Below are positions 26,396-35,770 of a stretch of DNA of 64,000 nt, one piece after another. The number at the start of each line of letters is the position of its first letter. Position 1 is the first letter of the stretch. Below the pieces are notes generated by a model, which was not told where the DNA came from, did no database searches, and was given only the letters and a program-made list of their open reading frames with translations. A program made the translations under genes and the position numbers. Origin of the DNA: Patescibacteria group bacterium (GTDB lineage: Bacteria; Patescibacteriota; Minisyncoccia; Phycocordibacterales; Phycocordibacteraceae); the NCBI GenBank assembly GCA_004322365.1, contig SCTS01000005.1:67697-131696 (forward strand), written 5' to 3'.

Positions 26396-26411
26396 GCGAA
26401 CGAACGTTCGC
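26396..26411. promoter_or_regulatory. putative SOS (LexA) box beside the lexA -10 element
   Basis: GCGAAC-GAAC-GTTCGC (GAAC-N4-GTTC) directly upstream of minus-strand TATACT at 26389..26394. Confidence 0.75.
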
Positions 26412-26448
26412 CGTGCAAGATTAGTTATCCACTCCTCCCCTAACAACC

Positions 26449-27534
26449 TTAGTTAAAGACCTTAGAAACAAGCTTCTTGAGCTGGGTGCGGAAATTCACC
26501 GTGGGGATAGCTACGCCTACATAACGCTCAACACTACCCGCAAACATATCAGCTGAATGTTCCCACGAAAATGTAAGTGCTTTTTCACGACACTTCTCTC
26601 GCGAGAGTGTTAAACATTTTTTAGCAGCCTCAGTGAGATCATCGCTCAAAAATCCATCAACTCCATCTTCAATAACATCCTTTGGCCCCATAACATTGTG
26701 TGCGGCAACTGGAAGGCCACACGCAAGCGCCTCAAGTACCACTAAACCAAATGTTTCAGTACGCGAAGGGAAAACAAAAACATCAGACGCTGAAAGAATG
26801 TCGATGAGCTCCTGACCTCGCTTGTAACCAAGAAATACATTTTTCTTGCCATACCTTCGTTCTAATTTTTTTCGCTCAGGCCCATCCCCTACCACCAGTT
26901 TTGTGCCAGGAAGTTCCATGCTCAAAAATTCCTCAACACTCTTCTCTTTTGCAATCCTTCCAAAATATACAAAAATAGGGTGCTGAAATTTTACCTCCGC
27001 TCTCTTTTCTTCATTTGGCTTGAAAACAGAGGTATCAATACCTGGTGGCCATAGAACAACATTCTTAAAATTATGCGCCTCAAGTTCAGCCTTTAGTGTT
27101 TCATTACTTGCCATAACCGCCTCGGCCGCACTATGAAACCAAGACATGTACACTCGAGAGAAGACAGCAAGTAGTGTTCCCCCAAATATGTAATGAGGGA
27201 GGTATCGTGGAAAATTGGTGTGATATGAGGTAGTGAATGCAATACCTCTCCGCTTTAGTAATGATCGGGCTGAGAGCCCTAGTGTCCACTCAGTTGCAAT
27301 GTGTACATACTCTGGCTGGACTGAATCAAATATCTTTTTCATTTTCCTATCAGGAAAAAATGTCATAGAGATTTCTGGGTACAGTGGAAACGGGAACGCA
27401 ATAAAAAGTCCTGGATGCACAACAGTGACTTCAAAATCACGCTCTTTAAGATACGGAATAGTTCGCTCAAAGAGCGTTACCACTCCGTTCACCTGTGGCG
27501 CCCAAGCGTCAGTGACTATAATGAGTTTCTTCAT
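26449..27534 (-). CDS. GT4 family glycosyltransferase
   Basis: TDAWAPQVNGVV, YFGRIAKEK and FPSRTETFGLVVLEALACGLPV motifs. Confidence 0.93.
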   Translation of the reverse strand: MKKLIIVTDAWAPQVNGVVTLFERTIPYLKERDFEVTVVHPGLFIAFPFPLYPEISMTFFPDRKMKKIFDSVQPEYVHIATEWTLGLSARSLLKRRGIAFTTSYHTNFPRYLPHYIFGGTLLAVFSRVYMSWFHSAAEAVMASNETLKAELEAHNFKNVVLWPPGIDTSVFKPNEEKRAEVKFQHPIFVYFGRIAKEKSVEEFLSMELPGTKLVVGDGPERKKLERRYGKKNVFLGYKRGQELIDILSASDVFVFPSRTETFGLVVLEALACGLPVAAHNVMGPKDVIEDGVDGFLSDDLTEAAKKCLTLSREKCREKALTFSWEHSADMFAGSVERYVGVAIPTVNFRTQLKKLVSKVFN

Positions 27535-27659
27535 GCAGTAGAAATTATTTCAGAGAAAATACCGCCAACGGGTTTACTTATTCAATGATACCTTGAATTC
27601 TCTTAGAAAAAAACGATTAATCTTTCATTCCCAAACTCACCTATGTTACACTTCGATTA

Positions 27660-29063
27660 ATGTCTGACTTAGGAGAAAAGTGTGGCGTTTTTGGAGTTTA
27701 TGGGAAAGGAATGGAGGCTGCGCGTCTTACCTTCTTCGGACTCTACGCCCTCCAGCACCGAGGTCAAGAAAGTTCTGGGATTGCCACATCAAACGGAGAA
27801 ACTATTTTCTGTCATAAGAAAATGGGCCTCGTCGCTCAAGCATTTGCTGAAAAAGATATTCAACGCCTCGTGGGTCACATTGCTGTTGGACATAACCGCT
27901 ACTCAACTTCAAAATCTTCACAGCTGAAACACTCCCAACCTACACACATAGAAGATGTTGGCCTCACGCTAGTGCATAACGGCAATATTCCTTCTACTAC
28001 CCTCCTTGAAAATTTTCTTGCTTCAAAAAACATTGCCTATAAAACACTTTCCGACTCTGAAATGATTGCAGAGACCATTGCAGTCCACATGCGCGAAGGG
28101 TCTACCTTAGAAGACGCCGTTCCAAAAGCATTCCCCCTTCTCACAGGGGCGTTTTCTATTCTATTAATGGATAAACATAACCTCGTTGCTATCAGAGACA
28201 ATTACGGTATTCGCCCACTCTCTATAGGTACTTTAAATGGTGGGTTTGTTTTTTCATCGGAGACATGCGCATTCCATCCCATTGGAGCCGAGGAACTTCG
28301 TGATGTACGCCCTGGAGAAATGATTATAGTAAACGAGAGTGGCATGCGTTCTGTTCAAATTGCGATGGGCATTCAAAAGCTTGATATATTCGAATTCGTG
28401 TATTTTGCACGACCAGACTCAGTGCTTCTTGGTAAGTCAGTCTATAGTGTTCGAAAAAACTTCGGTATTGAGCTTGCAAAAGAGTTTCCATTAGACGCTG
28501 ATGTGATTATTCCAGTTCCAGAAACAGCAATGCCTGTTGCGATAGGCTACTCTCAAGCATTAGGGATTCCACTTGAAACAGGACTCATAAAAAATCGCTA
28601 CATACACCGCACATTCATTCAACCGGAACAACACATTCGCGAGCAAGGTGTAAAAATAAAACTCACTCCACTACCAGAGGTCATCAAAGGTAAGAAAGTT
28701 GTAATTATGGATGACTCTATAGTTCGCGGAACAACATCAAAACAAATTGTACAAATGGTTTTTGAAGCGGGAGCGAAGGAAGTAAACTTCCTCGTCAGCT
28801 CACCTCCTGTACGATTTCCTGATTTTTACGGCATTGATACTCCAACACAAAAAGAACTCATTGGGGCACAAAAAACACCTGAAGAAATACGAGAATACCT
28901 TGGTGCAACACGATTACACTTTCTTTCATATGACGGATTGATTCGAGCAACAGGTCTACACCCCGACATGTTTTGCACTTCATGCTTCACCGGCGAATAT
29001 CCAATAGATATTAAAGAGCGCGTCACTGAAATTCATTCACTCCCGACCGCAAAACTTTTTTAA
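27660..29063 (+). CDS. purF: amidophosphoribosyltransferase
   Basis: EKCGVFG N-terminal nucleophile, LQHRGQES, GHNRYST and PRPP motif VIMDDSIVRGTT. Confidence 0.96.
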   Translation: MSDLGEKCGVFGVYGKGMEAARLTFFGLYALQHRGQESSGIATSNGETIFCHKKMGLVAQAFAEKDIQRLVGHIAVGHNRYSTSKSSQLKHSQPTHIEDVGLTLVHNGNIPSTTLLENFLASKNIAYKTLSDSEMIAETIAVHMREGSTLEDAVPKAFPLLTGAFSILLMDKHNLVAIRDNYGIRPLSIGTLNGGFVFSSETCAFHPIGAEELRDVRPGEMIIVNESGMRSVQIAMGIQKLDIFEFVYFARPDSVLLGKSVYSVRKNFGIELAKEFPLDADVIIPVPETAMPVAIGYSQALGIPLETGLIKNRYIHRTFIQPEQHIREQGVKIKLTPLPEVIKGKKVVIMDDSIVRGTTSKQIVQMVFEAGAKEVNFLVSSPPVRFPDFYGIDTPTQKELIGAQKTPEEIREYLGATRLHFLSYDGLIRATGLHPDMFCTSCFTGEYPIDIKERVTEIHSLPTAKLF

Positions 29064-29073
29064 AAAGGAATCT

Positions 29074-29952
29074 CTAAACGCTCCAGCGAGCAAATATCCC
29101 CGCGGGCAGTAACCGACTGGTGCGTGCCTCCTCAATAGTTAGTTCACCCATCTCAACATCTCCTCCGTGCTTTTCAATAATTGATTCCAAATTGTGTGCA
29201 AACGCGAGCGATGAATAACCGGCGGCATACCCACTCACTAGCATAAATAGTGGCTTGTCTGACAAAAGCGCCCGGCAGAGTTTCATAAGCATTAGAAAGT
29301 TCTCCTCAATTTTCCACAATTCATCTTTTGGTCCATGACCAAAAGCAGGAGGGTCCATAATAATCGCGTCGTAGGTATTCTTTCGTTTTACTTCCCTCTC
29401 AACAAATTTCATGACATCTTCCGTGACCCAGCGGATTGGTTTTTCATTCAAACCAGAAAGTTTTGCATTCGCCTTTGCCCATTCGATTGCTGTTTTTGAT
29501 GCATCGACATGCGTAACTTGCGCACCAGCTTTTGCGGCAGCGAGCGTTGCCCCGCCCGTGTATGCGAAGAGGTTCAGGATCTTTATAGGTTCTAGGTTCG
29601 AGGTTCTAGGTTCCAGCTTCTCGGAGATCCATTGCCAATTGGGAACCTGCTCTGGGAAAAGACCGGTGTGCTTGAAGGAAGTAGGGCGAATCAGAAAATT
29701 CAGCCCACCAAGTTCAATGTGCCACTCTTTGGGAAAATCTTTCCCTGTGTGCCAATCACCTCCTTTTGCTTTGCGCTCATACCACGCATCTGCGGATTTC
29801 CACTCGTCATCGGCAAGATGTTTCTCCCACAATGCCTGTGGGTCAGGGCGTGAAAGAACAATGTCCCCATATCTCTCAAGCTTTTCTTCTCGACCAGAGT
29901 CAAGAAGTTCGTAATCCTTAGAGGGCTTCGTCGTCAATATGCTGTGCAACAT
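29074..29952 (-). CDS. class I SAM-dependent methyltransferase (RlmI/RlmK-like)
   Basis: HTGLFPEQ, ILNLFAYTGG, VTHVDAS and IIMDPPAF motifs. Confidence 0.88.
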   Translation of the reverse strand: MLHSILTTKPSKDYELLDSGREEKLERYGDIVLSRPDPQALWEKHLADDEWKSADAWYERKAKGGDWHTGKDFPKEWHIELGGLNFLIRPTSFKHTGLFPEQVPNWQWISEKLEPRTSNLEPIKILNLFAYTGGATLAAAKAGAQVTHVDASKTAIEWAKANAKLSGLNEKPIRWVTEDVMKFVEREVKRKNTYDAIIMDPPAFGHGPKDELWKIEENFLMLMKLCRALLSDKPLFMLVSGYAAGYSSLAFAHNLESIIEKHGGDVEMGELTIEEARTSRLLPAGIFARWSV

Positions 29953-30066
29953 TCCCTCCATGCTACCGCATGAACGCACCAATGGGTAGACATCTGGAAA
30001 TAATTAAATAAAAAAACATATACATATGAGTAGGATGTTTTGCCTCCTCATACGCACATAACATTC

Positions 30067-30106
30067 TGTATAGTTTAATTTAACGGTCGTTAACTTAAAC
30101 TATACA
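30067..30106. repeat. REP-like palindrome, family A copy 2
   Basis: TGTATAGTTTAATTTAACG-GT-CGTTAACTTAAACTATACA (one mismatch); same TAACGGTCGTTA core and ends as 12049..12096. Confidence 0.8.
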
Positions 30107-30167
30107 TGCATCTATTAGAAAAAATGAGAAAATAAAATGTGCACATGCTAAAGTAAGAAACAACAAT

Positions 30168-30926
30168 ATGAACGAACCAGCACTCAGCATAACTAACCTC
30201 ACAAAAACCTACGCGAGCGGAACGGTAGCACTTCAAGGTGTTTCTCTCACTATTCCCACGGGCGACTTCTTTGCGCTTTTAGGTCCAAACGGTGCAGGTA
30301 AAACAACCATCATTGGCATAACAACTGGCCTTGTAAACAAAACGACCGGAGAGGTAAAAATCTTTGGTGACGACATCACTACAAGTCCTGAAAAAGCAAA
30401 AACCCACATCGGGCTCGTGGGACAAGAAGTAAATTTCAATCCATTTGAAAAACCGTTCGACATTATAGTCAATCAAGCTGGGTACTATGGCATTCCCCGC
30501 TCTATTGCTATTCCACGAGCTGAAAAGCTTTTGAAAGACCTCGGTCTCTATGAAAAAAGAGACCAGCGTGCCATGACGCTTTCAGGGGGAATGAAACGCC
30601 GTTTGATGATCGCGCGTGCTCTCGTGCATGAACCAAAGTTTTTGATTCTCGATGAACCAACAGCGGGTGTTGATGTAGAACTTCGCCGTAGCATGTGGGA
30701 GTACTTAAAAGGCCTCACTGCAAAAGGGGTAACCATCCTTTTAACAACGCACTACCTTGAAGAAGCGGAGCAACTTTGCAAACATGTTGCCATCATAAAC
30801 AAAGGCTCCATTGTCGCCTCAGGAACTATGACTGAAATTCTTGCCATGCATGATGATGGCCCCAGAGACGGTGCCTACCGTGCAGGAAAACTTGAGGAAG
30901 TATTCATTAAGCTCACGCAAAATTAA
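30168..30926 (+). CDS. ABC-2 type transporter ATP-binding protein (YadG-like)
   Basis: GPNGAGKTT, LSGGMKRR, LILDEPTAG and TTHYLEEA motifs. Confidence 0.95.
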   Translation: MNEPALSITNLTKTYASGTVALQGVSLTIPTGDFFALLGPNGAGKTTIIGITTGLVNKTTGEVKIFGDDITTSPEKAKTHIGLVGQEVNFNPFEKPFDIIVNQAGYYGIPRSIAIPRAEKLLKDLGLYEKRDQRAMTLSGGMKRRLMIARALVHEPKFLILDEPTAGVDVELRRSMWEYLKGLTAKGVTILLTTHYLEEAEQLCKHVAIINKGSIVASGTMTEILAMHDDGPRDGAYRAGKLEEVFIKLTQN

Positions 30927-30927
30927 C

Positions 30928-31704
30928 ATGCCACTCAAAAGCACTTGGATATCCTTTTACACAATACTCCGCAAAGATGTGATGCGAATCTTTCGTATAT
31001 GGCCACAAACATTTCTTCCCTCTATCGTTACCTCAGTTCTCTACTTTTTAGTGTTTGGCACTATTATTGGGTCACGACTTGGAGACTTTAATGGCGTTTC
31101 ATATATTCACTTTATTATTCCAGGACTTGTTCTGCTTGCGGTAGTAACAAATGCATTCACTAATACTGCATCGACATTCTTTCAGGCAAAGTTCTTCTCA
31201 CGAAATATCGATGAAATTCTCGTCTCCCCAACTCCACCATGGGTCATCATTGGTGGCTTTGTTGCAGGAGGAATGGTGCGTGGGATTTTAGTGGGACTCC
31301 TCGTTCTCACTGTGTCGGTATTCTTTGCGCTCCCTCCTCTCATGCATCCTTTTGTGATTCTCCTCTTTCTCATTCTTTCTAGCATGATCTTTGCTTTGGC
31401 AGGATTAGTAAACGGAATCTATGCAAAAAGTTTTGATGGCATTACCATTATTCCAACATTCGTCCTTACGCCACTCATTTACTTAGGCGGTGTTTTTTAT
31501 TCAGTCGCATCATTGCCTGATGTCTTTAAAGCATTCACACTCGTCAATCCAATTTTCTATCTTGTGAACGGCTTCCGTTACGGTTTCTTAGGGTTTTCTG
31601 ATGTATCTCTCTCACTTTCAATTGCAGTACTTCTTGCGCTCACCGCAGTTCTCGTTGCAATCAACTGGTATCTATTGAGAACAGGTCTTGGACTCAAACA
31701 ATAA
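30928..31704 (+). CDS. ABC-2 type transporter permease (YadH-like)
   Basis: RIWPQTFLP...LTPLIYLGGVFYS...NPIFYLVNGFRYG. Confidence 0.92.
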   Translation: MPLKSTWISFYTILRKDVMRIFRIWPQTFLPSIVTSVLYFLVFGTIIGSRLGDFNGVSYIHFIIPGLVLLAVVTNAFTNTASTFFQAKFFSRNIDEILVSPTPPWVIIGGFVAGGMVRGILVGLLVLTVSVFFALPPLMHPFVILLFLILSSMIFALAGLVNGIYAKSFDGITIIPTFVLTPLIYLGGVFYSVASLPDVFKAFTLVNPIFYLVNGFRYGFLGFSDVSLSLSIAVLLALTAVLVAINWYLLRTGLGLKQ

Positions 31705-31730
31705 ATTGCATACTGTTACACTAACAAGGC

Positions 31731-32135
31731 ATGCATCGAAAATCTTTGTATCGCTTCATTCGCTACATTACTGTTGGAGTTTCAACGTTCCTCTTTGATC
31801 TTGTAATCCTCTTTGCGCTCACTCACTTCTTCAATGTTCCCTACACAGTTGCGGTCGCCATAGGATTCATCATCGGCATGACGCTCAACTACGCCATCTC
31901 ACGAGCATGGGTATTTCGTGGGACTGAACGACACATTCATCATGGATATGCCTATTTCTTAGGCGGAGGATTAGTAAGCCTCACTGCAATACTCACACTA
32001 GTTACCGTCTTTGTAGAGCGTCTTGGTATACCACTTCTGTTTGCCCGTGTACTCGTTTCTGGAATTGTGGGGTGTGGTAATTACCTCTTTAATCTCTATC
32101 TCAATTTCAAAGTAGCAGGAAAGCATATACACTAG
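31731..32135 (+). CDS. GtrA-family protein
   Basis: RFIRYITVG...D...NY..SRAWVF with 4 TM helices. Confidence 0.85.
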   Translation: MHRKSLYRFIRYITVGVSTFLFDLVILFALTHFFNVPYTVAVAIGFIIGMTLNYAISRAWVFRGTERHIHHGYAYFLGGGLVSLTAILTLVTVFVERLGIPLLFARVLVSGIVGCGNYLFNLYLNFKVAGKHIH

Positions 32136-32141
32136 ATACAC

Positions 32142-32738
32142 ATGCTCCCCGACTTACCATCTCTTATACAAACAATTGGCTACGTCGGCATCACCGCCAT
32201 AGTATTTGCAGAATCAGGACTTTTCTTTGGGTTCTTTTTACCTGGCGACAGTCTTCTCTTCACAGCAGGATTCCTAGCCTCACAAGGATTCCTCAACATT
32301 TTTATTCTTATTGCACTCACAACAACTGCAGCTATTCTCGGCGACTCGGTAGGATATTGGTTCGGGAAAAAGGTAGGCCCTTTTATATTTTCACGACCTG
32401 ATTCATTCTTGTTCAGCCATAAGCGGGTCGAAGACGCCAGCGCCTTCTTTGCTAAACATGGCCCAAAAAGTCTCATTCTTGCACGCTTCATTCCAGCGGT
32501 GCGCACCTTCACACCAATTCTAGCAGGAGTGGGTCAAATGAATTACCACACTTTTCTTAAATACAATGTTATTGGCGGTATCCTTTGGGGCACTGGTCTA
32601 CCTATTCTTGGATACTTCTTGGGTCGCCTCGTTCCCCACCCCGACCGCTACATAATCCCTATCGTTCTTCTCATCATTGTAGTTTCAATACTTCCTGTCC
32701 TTCGAGAGGTATTTCGTAAAAAGAAAACAAATACTTGA
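32142..32738 (+). CDS. DedA/VTT family membrane protein
   Basis: VFAESGLFFGFFLPGDSLLF and LARFIPAVRT motifs. Confidence 0.93.
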   Translation: MLPDLPSLIQTIGYVGITAIVFAESGLFFGFFLPGDSLLFTAGFLASQGFLNIFILIALTTTAAILGDSVGYWFGKKVGPFIFSRPDSFLFSHKRVEDASAFFAKHGPKSLILARFIPAVRTFTPILAGVGQMNYHTFLKYNVIGGILWGTGLPILGYFLGRLVPHPDRYIIPIVLLIIVVSILPVLREVFRKKKTNT

Positions 32739-32811
32739 CTTTTGTAACCTTTTTGTTGTGATTTAGGTATTGTATATAGGTCGATGTTACAAACCAATAT
32801 ACAAATTTTAT

Positions 32812-32994
32812 ATGAGTAGAGAAGCAATCAAAGTAAAACTTGTTGGGATGTCATCGGAAGAAAGAGCGATGTTTGATACATTACCAGCGGGAGTTAGAAA
32901 AGATTTAATAAAAGCATATTTTGACGCACGGGATATTGGTGGAGCAGCTTTTGAAAAAGCAAAAGGAATGCTACTTGCTCATGACGGGGACTAA
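32812..32994 (+). CDS. small hypothetical protein
   Basis: 60-aa ORF from ATG 32812. Confidence 0.5.
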   Translation: MSREAIKVKLVGMSSEERAMFDTLPAGVRKDLIKAYFDARDIGGAAFEKAKGMLLAHDGD

Positions 32995-33200
32995 GGTGAC
33001 GGCAGAAAACACCCCTTTCTAGGCACATAGTTACCCACAAGGAATCCTCGTGCATTGCATTTATATGACTTTCGTGTCATCATACTAGTAAGGGTACGAT
33101 TGTCTTCAACTCTCCATGGAAGCGCTCACGGAAGGCGCTTAAAAGGTTAGGCTAAGCATCAAGCTCTTGCATTAATTAGGTTAGTATAGAAAAAAATATT

Positions 33201-33524
33201 GTGGCTAAGAAATTATATTTCGGTGGCTTGTCTTACGACACCACTGATGACAGTTTAAAAGCAGCGTGTGACCAATTTGGCGCCGTATCATCTGCAAAGG
33301 TGATCATGGACCGCGAAACAGGTCGCTCACGAGGTTTCGGTTTCGTCGAAATGTCTTCGGACGATGAGGCGATGGCAGTTATCTCAGGGCTTGATGGTAA
33401 AGATGTTGATGGACGCACTGTTCGCGTTTCTGAGGCTCGTCCTCAGGAAGAGGGTGGTGGCAACCGTGGCGGTGGAAACCGTGGCGGAGGTTTTGGTGGC
33501 GGAGACCGCCGAAACAGCTGGTAG
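33201..33524 (+). CDS. RRM RNA-binding protein with Gly/Arg-rich tail
   Basis: RNP2 LYFGGL and RNP1 RGFGFVEM; GTG start. Confidence 0.95.
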   Translation: MAKKLYFGGLSYDTTDDSLKAACDQFGAVSSAKVIMDRETGRSRGFGFVEMSSDDEAMAVISGLDGKDVDGRTVRVSEARPQEEGGGNRGGGNRGGGFGGGDRRNSW

Positions 33525-33549
33525 GATTTTTGATCCTTTCCTAAAAATT

Positions 33550-33581
33550 AAAAACCCGAGCATTCCGAGCTCGGGTTTTTT
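33550..33581. terminator. bidirectional intrinsic terminator
   Basis: AAAAACCCGAGC-ATTCCGA-GCTCGGGTTTTTT between convergent genes. Confidence 0.85.
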
Positions 33582-33593
33582 CTTATACTAGAG

Positions 33594-34178
33594 CTAATCA
33601 CCTTCAAATTTTTCCGCACCAGGGCACCCTGGAAACCCAAGATTCTTTGCGGAATAAAATTCATTCACGAAGTATGGTACGTTCACATCGGCAACAAGGG
33701 TGCAAATATCAGCATTAGAAATACCAAGTTTCTCTATAAGGTTCTTAGTTGCACTTCTCCGTACTTCACCTATAGGCTCTTTAAGAATGACCACAATAAA
33801 AAATGTGCCTTCAGGAGAATACAAAATTTCATAAGCGGATTCAGCGGTGGTAGTGCTGACTTCTGAATTAGGAAACCACGATAGAAAAGAACTCGGTGGT
33901 GTGGTGGAGGCAACACCAATATCTTTTGTAAACTCTCGAACGAGAATAGGACCGTTACTGCTCGCTATTTCAAGAGTATTTGGAGGTGGATTCCCTGTCC
34001 CCGCAGGTGTTGTGTTGCCACCTGCCCGAGGGTTCGTACCAAGAAGAGTGCTGACAGGCGGAGTATCGCTTGGCCGAGCAGATGGTACTTGTGCAAGAAA
34101 ATACAAAGTGCCAGTAAACCCTATGAGTGCGAGAGTTGCTACTGCGAGAACTAAGGTGAGTATGTTTTGTTGATTCAT
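33594..34178 (-). CDS. membrane-anchored hypothetical protein
   Basis: N-terminal TM, Pro/Thr linker and C-terminal Cys pair; follows the pilin-like gene. Confidence 0.7.
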   Translation of the reverse strand: MNQQNILTLVLAVATLALIGFTGTLYFLAQVPSARPSDTPPVSTLLGTNPRAGGNTTPAGTGNPPPNTLEIASSNGPILVREFTKDIGVASTTPPSSFLSWFPNSEVSTTTAESAYEILYSPEGTFFIVVILKEPIGEVRRSATKNLIEKLGISNADICTLVADVNVPYFVNEFYSAKNLGFPGCPGAEKFEGD

Positions 34179-34192
34179 GTTTTTATAAAAAA

Positions 34193-35152
34193 TTAGAATA
34201 CGCAGAGACTGTTTACCTGTATGTCCCAATGGGGCTGTGAACCAAATTCTTTGGCGTACACATTGCCACATCGGTCGTTATAGAGTACCGCCCTTTGCCC
34301 TCCCCACGGAATAGCGACACCTCTAGGTGTCCTAGGGTCATACTGAAAATTTTGCTCAATGTAATTATTGAGAGCAGGGTTGTTGTTGCTACGAACATCC
34401 ACTTTAAAACCTGTTGCGTGAGCACCACCAGCGCGCACAGCTGAAGTCACGGTAAATTGACACCCACATCCCTGATGAAGCTCAATCAATTGATCAACGG
34501 TCCGCACTCGTATACCTGCAAGTGATGCACCTCGACTCTGTGGTGCGAAGCATGGAACGGCACCTCCACACACACCAGCTCGTTCGAGTTGTCGAATCGC
34601 TTGGTCGTGAGTGTATACACCCCCTACTGATGCCGTTGGAGAAGGCTGTCCCGCTCCTCCTCGCGTACCACCTGTGACTTGAGGACGAGGGGCAGGTGCA
34701 CCTGGTGCATCTGGGAATGCACCAGAAACAGGAGCAGAAATACAATCAATGTGAGTCCAGATGGTAATATTTTTCCCCGTTAACACCGAAAAAGTAATAT
34801 TCACCAGAAGCCATGCGGTAAGCACAATACATAAGCCAACGAATACATTAATGAACACCCCGTGTGCTTTCTTTACTTGGTCTGGTTTGCTTGCTGCGGT
34901 TACATACAGGATGCCTGCATAGGCAAACATGAGTGTGGCAACAATGACAGAGAAGGCAACAGCGAAGTTAATGACATTGTTTGCAAGTTCAGAAATATCG
35001 CACGCCTTGCACTCTGCCCCCTCACACTGAGGAACTAATCCCCCACCACTCCCACTTAAGAGTGCTGAAGGGTCTTGTTGAACTGCAGCAAATGCCACGA
35101 GTGGCATGAAAAACAATATCGGAAGAAGGAGTATTAATATCTTTTTCATCAC
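34193..35152 (-). CDS. VirB2/TrbC-like (CPR-type) pilin fused to a putative M15/LAS-like metallopeptidase domain
   Basis: Signal peptide, GLVPQC..C..C, two TM helices (FAYAGILYVTA...KKAHGVFINVFVGL..VL.AWLLVN), Pro-rich linker, then VTSAVR...HATGFKVD and PHWD. Confidence 0.7.
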   Translation of the reverse strand: MMKKILILLLPILFFMPLVAFAAVQQDPSALLSGSGGGLVPQCEGAECKACDISELANNVINFAVAFSVIVATLMFAYAGILYVTAASKPDQVKKAHGVFINVFVGLCIVLTAWLLVNITFSVLTGKNITIWTHIDCISAPVSGAFPDAPGAPAPRPQVTGGTRGGAGQPSPTASVGGVYTHDQAIRQLERAGVCGGAVPCFAPQSRGASLAGIRVRTVDQLIELHQGCGCQFTVTSAVRAGGAHATGFKVDVRSNNNPALNNYIEQNFQYDPRTPRGVAIPWGGQRAVLYNDRCGNVYAKEFGSQPHWDIQVNSLCVF

Positions 35153-35325
35153 ACAATGAGTATACCCTTGAAAAGCAACTATGAATCTCTACATATGGCT
35201 CTGTGTGATACTTTTTAACCATTCCACACACCTCGAAGAACCGCATATTGACTTTCCTCATAGGAAGCACATGATTTAGAGAGATAGCGCATGATTATTG
35301 GTTTTCTAAACAGAAACTGAAACAT

Positions 35326-35751
35326 ATGGATCGAGATCCAAAGATATCTTTTACACGAAAAGCGAAAGGATTGGGTCTTGCGTTTTTAGGAGCTCTTTCG
35401 ATTGGCTTTGCAGATAATGCGGGTGCGCAGAGTGCACCACGAAGATCTTGGGAATATGGAGACATGAGTCCTGCAAATGCAGAATACTGCCGAAGAGCCG
35501 CAGAAACGGAAACTAGAGTGGCAAGAGAAGGTAGACATCCCAATATGGGTAACTTGTGTAGTTTTTATGATTTACCTGCGGATTTACGCTCAAGAGATGA
35601 GGCACTCTATGCTAGAGAAGCTGCAGCAGAGAGCCCGGCAGATAGAGCGCGCAGACAAGCTCAAGATGCGAAACTGCAGAAAGAGGAAGACGAACTTTTT
35701 AGGTACTGTGAAAGCGTAAACTTCGTAGGCGAGAGGTGCCGTGGTTTATAA
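35326..35751 (+). CDS. secreted hypothetical protein with four Cys
   Basis: Signal-like segment ending AGA-Q. Confidence 0.6.
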   Translation: MDRDPKISFTRKAKGLGLAFLGALSIGFADNAGAQSAPRRSWEYGDMSPANAEYCRRAAETETRVAREGRHPNMGNLCSFYDLPADLRSRDEALYAREAAAESPADRARRQAQDAKLQKEEDELFRYCESVNFVGERCRGL

Positions 35752-35770
35752 AACTTTCATTAGTTGCTGT

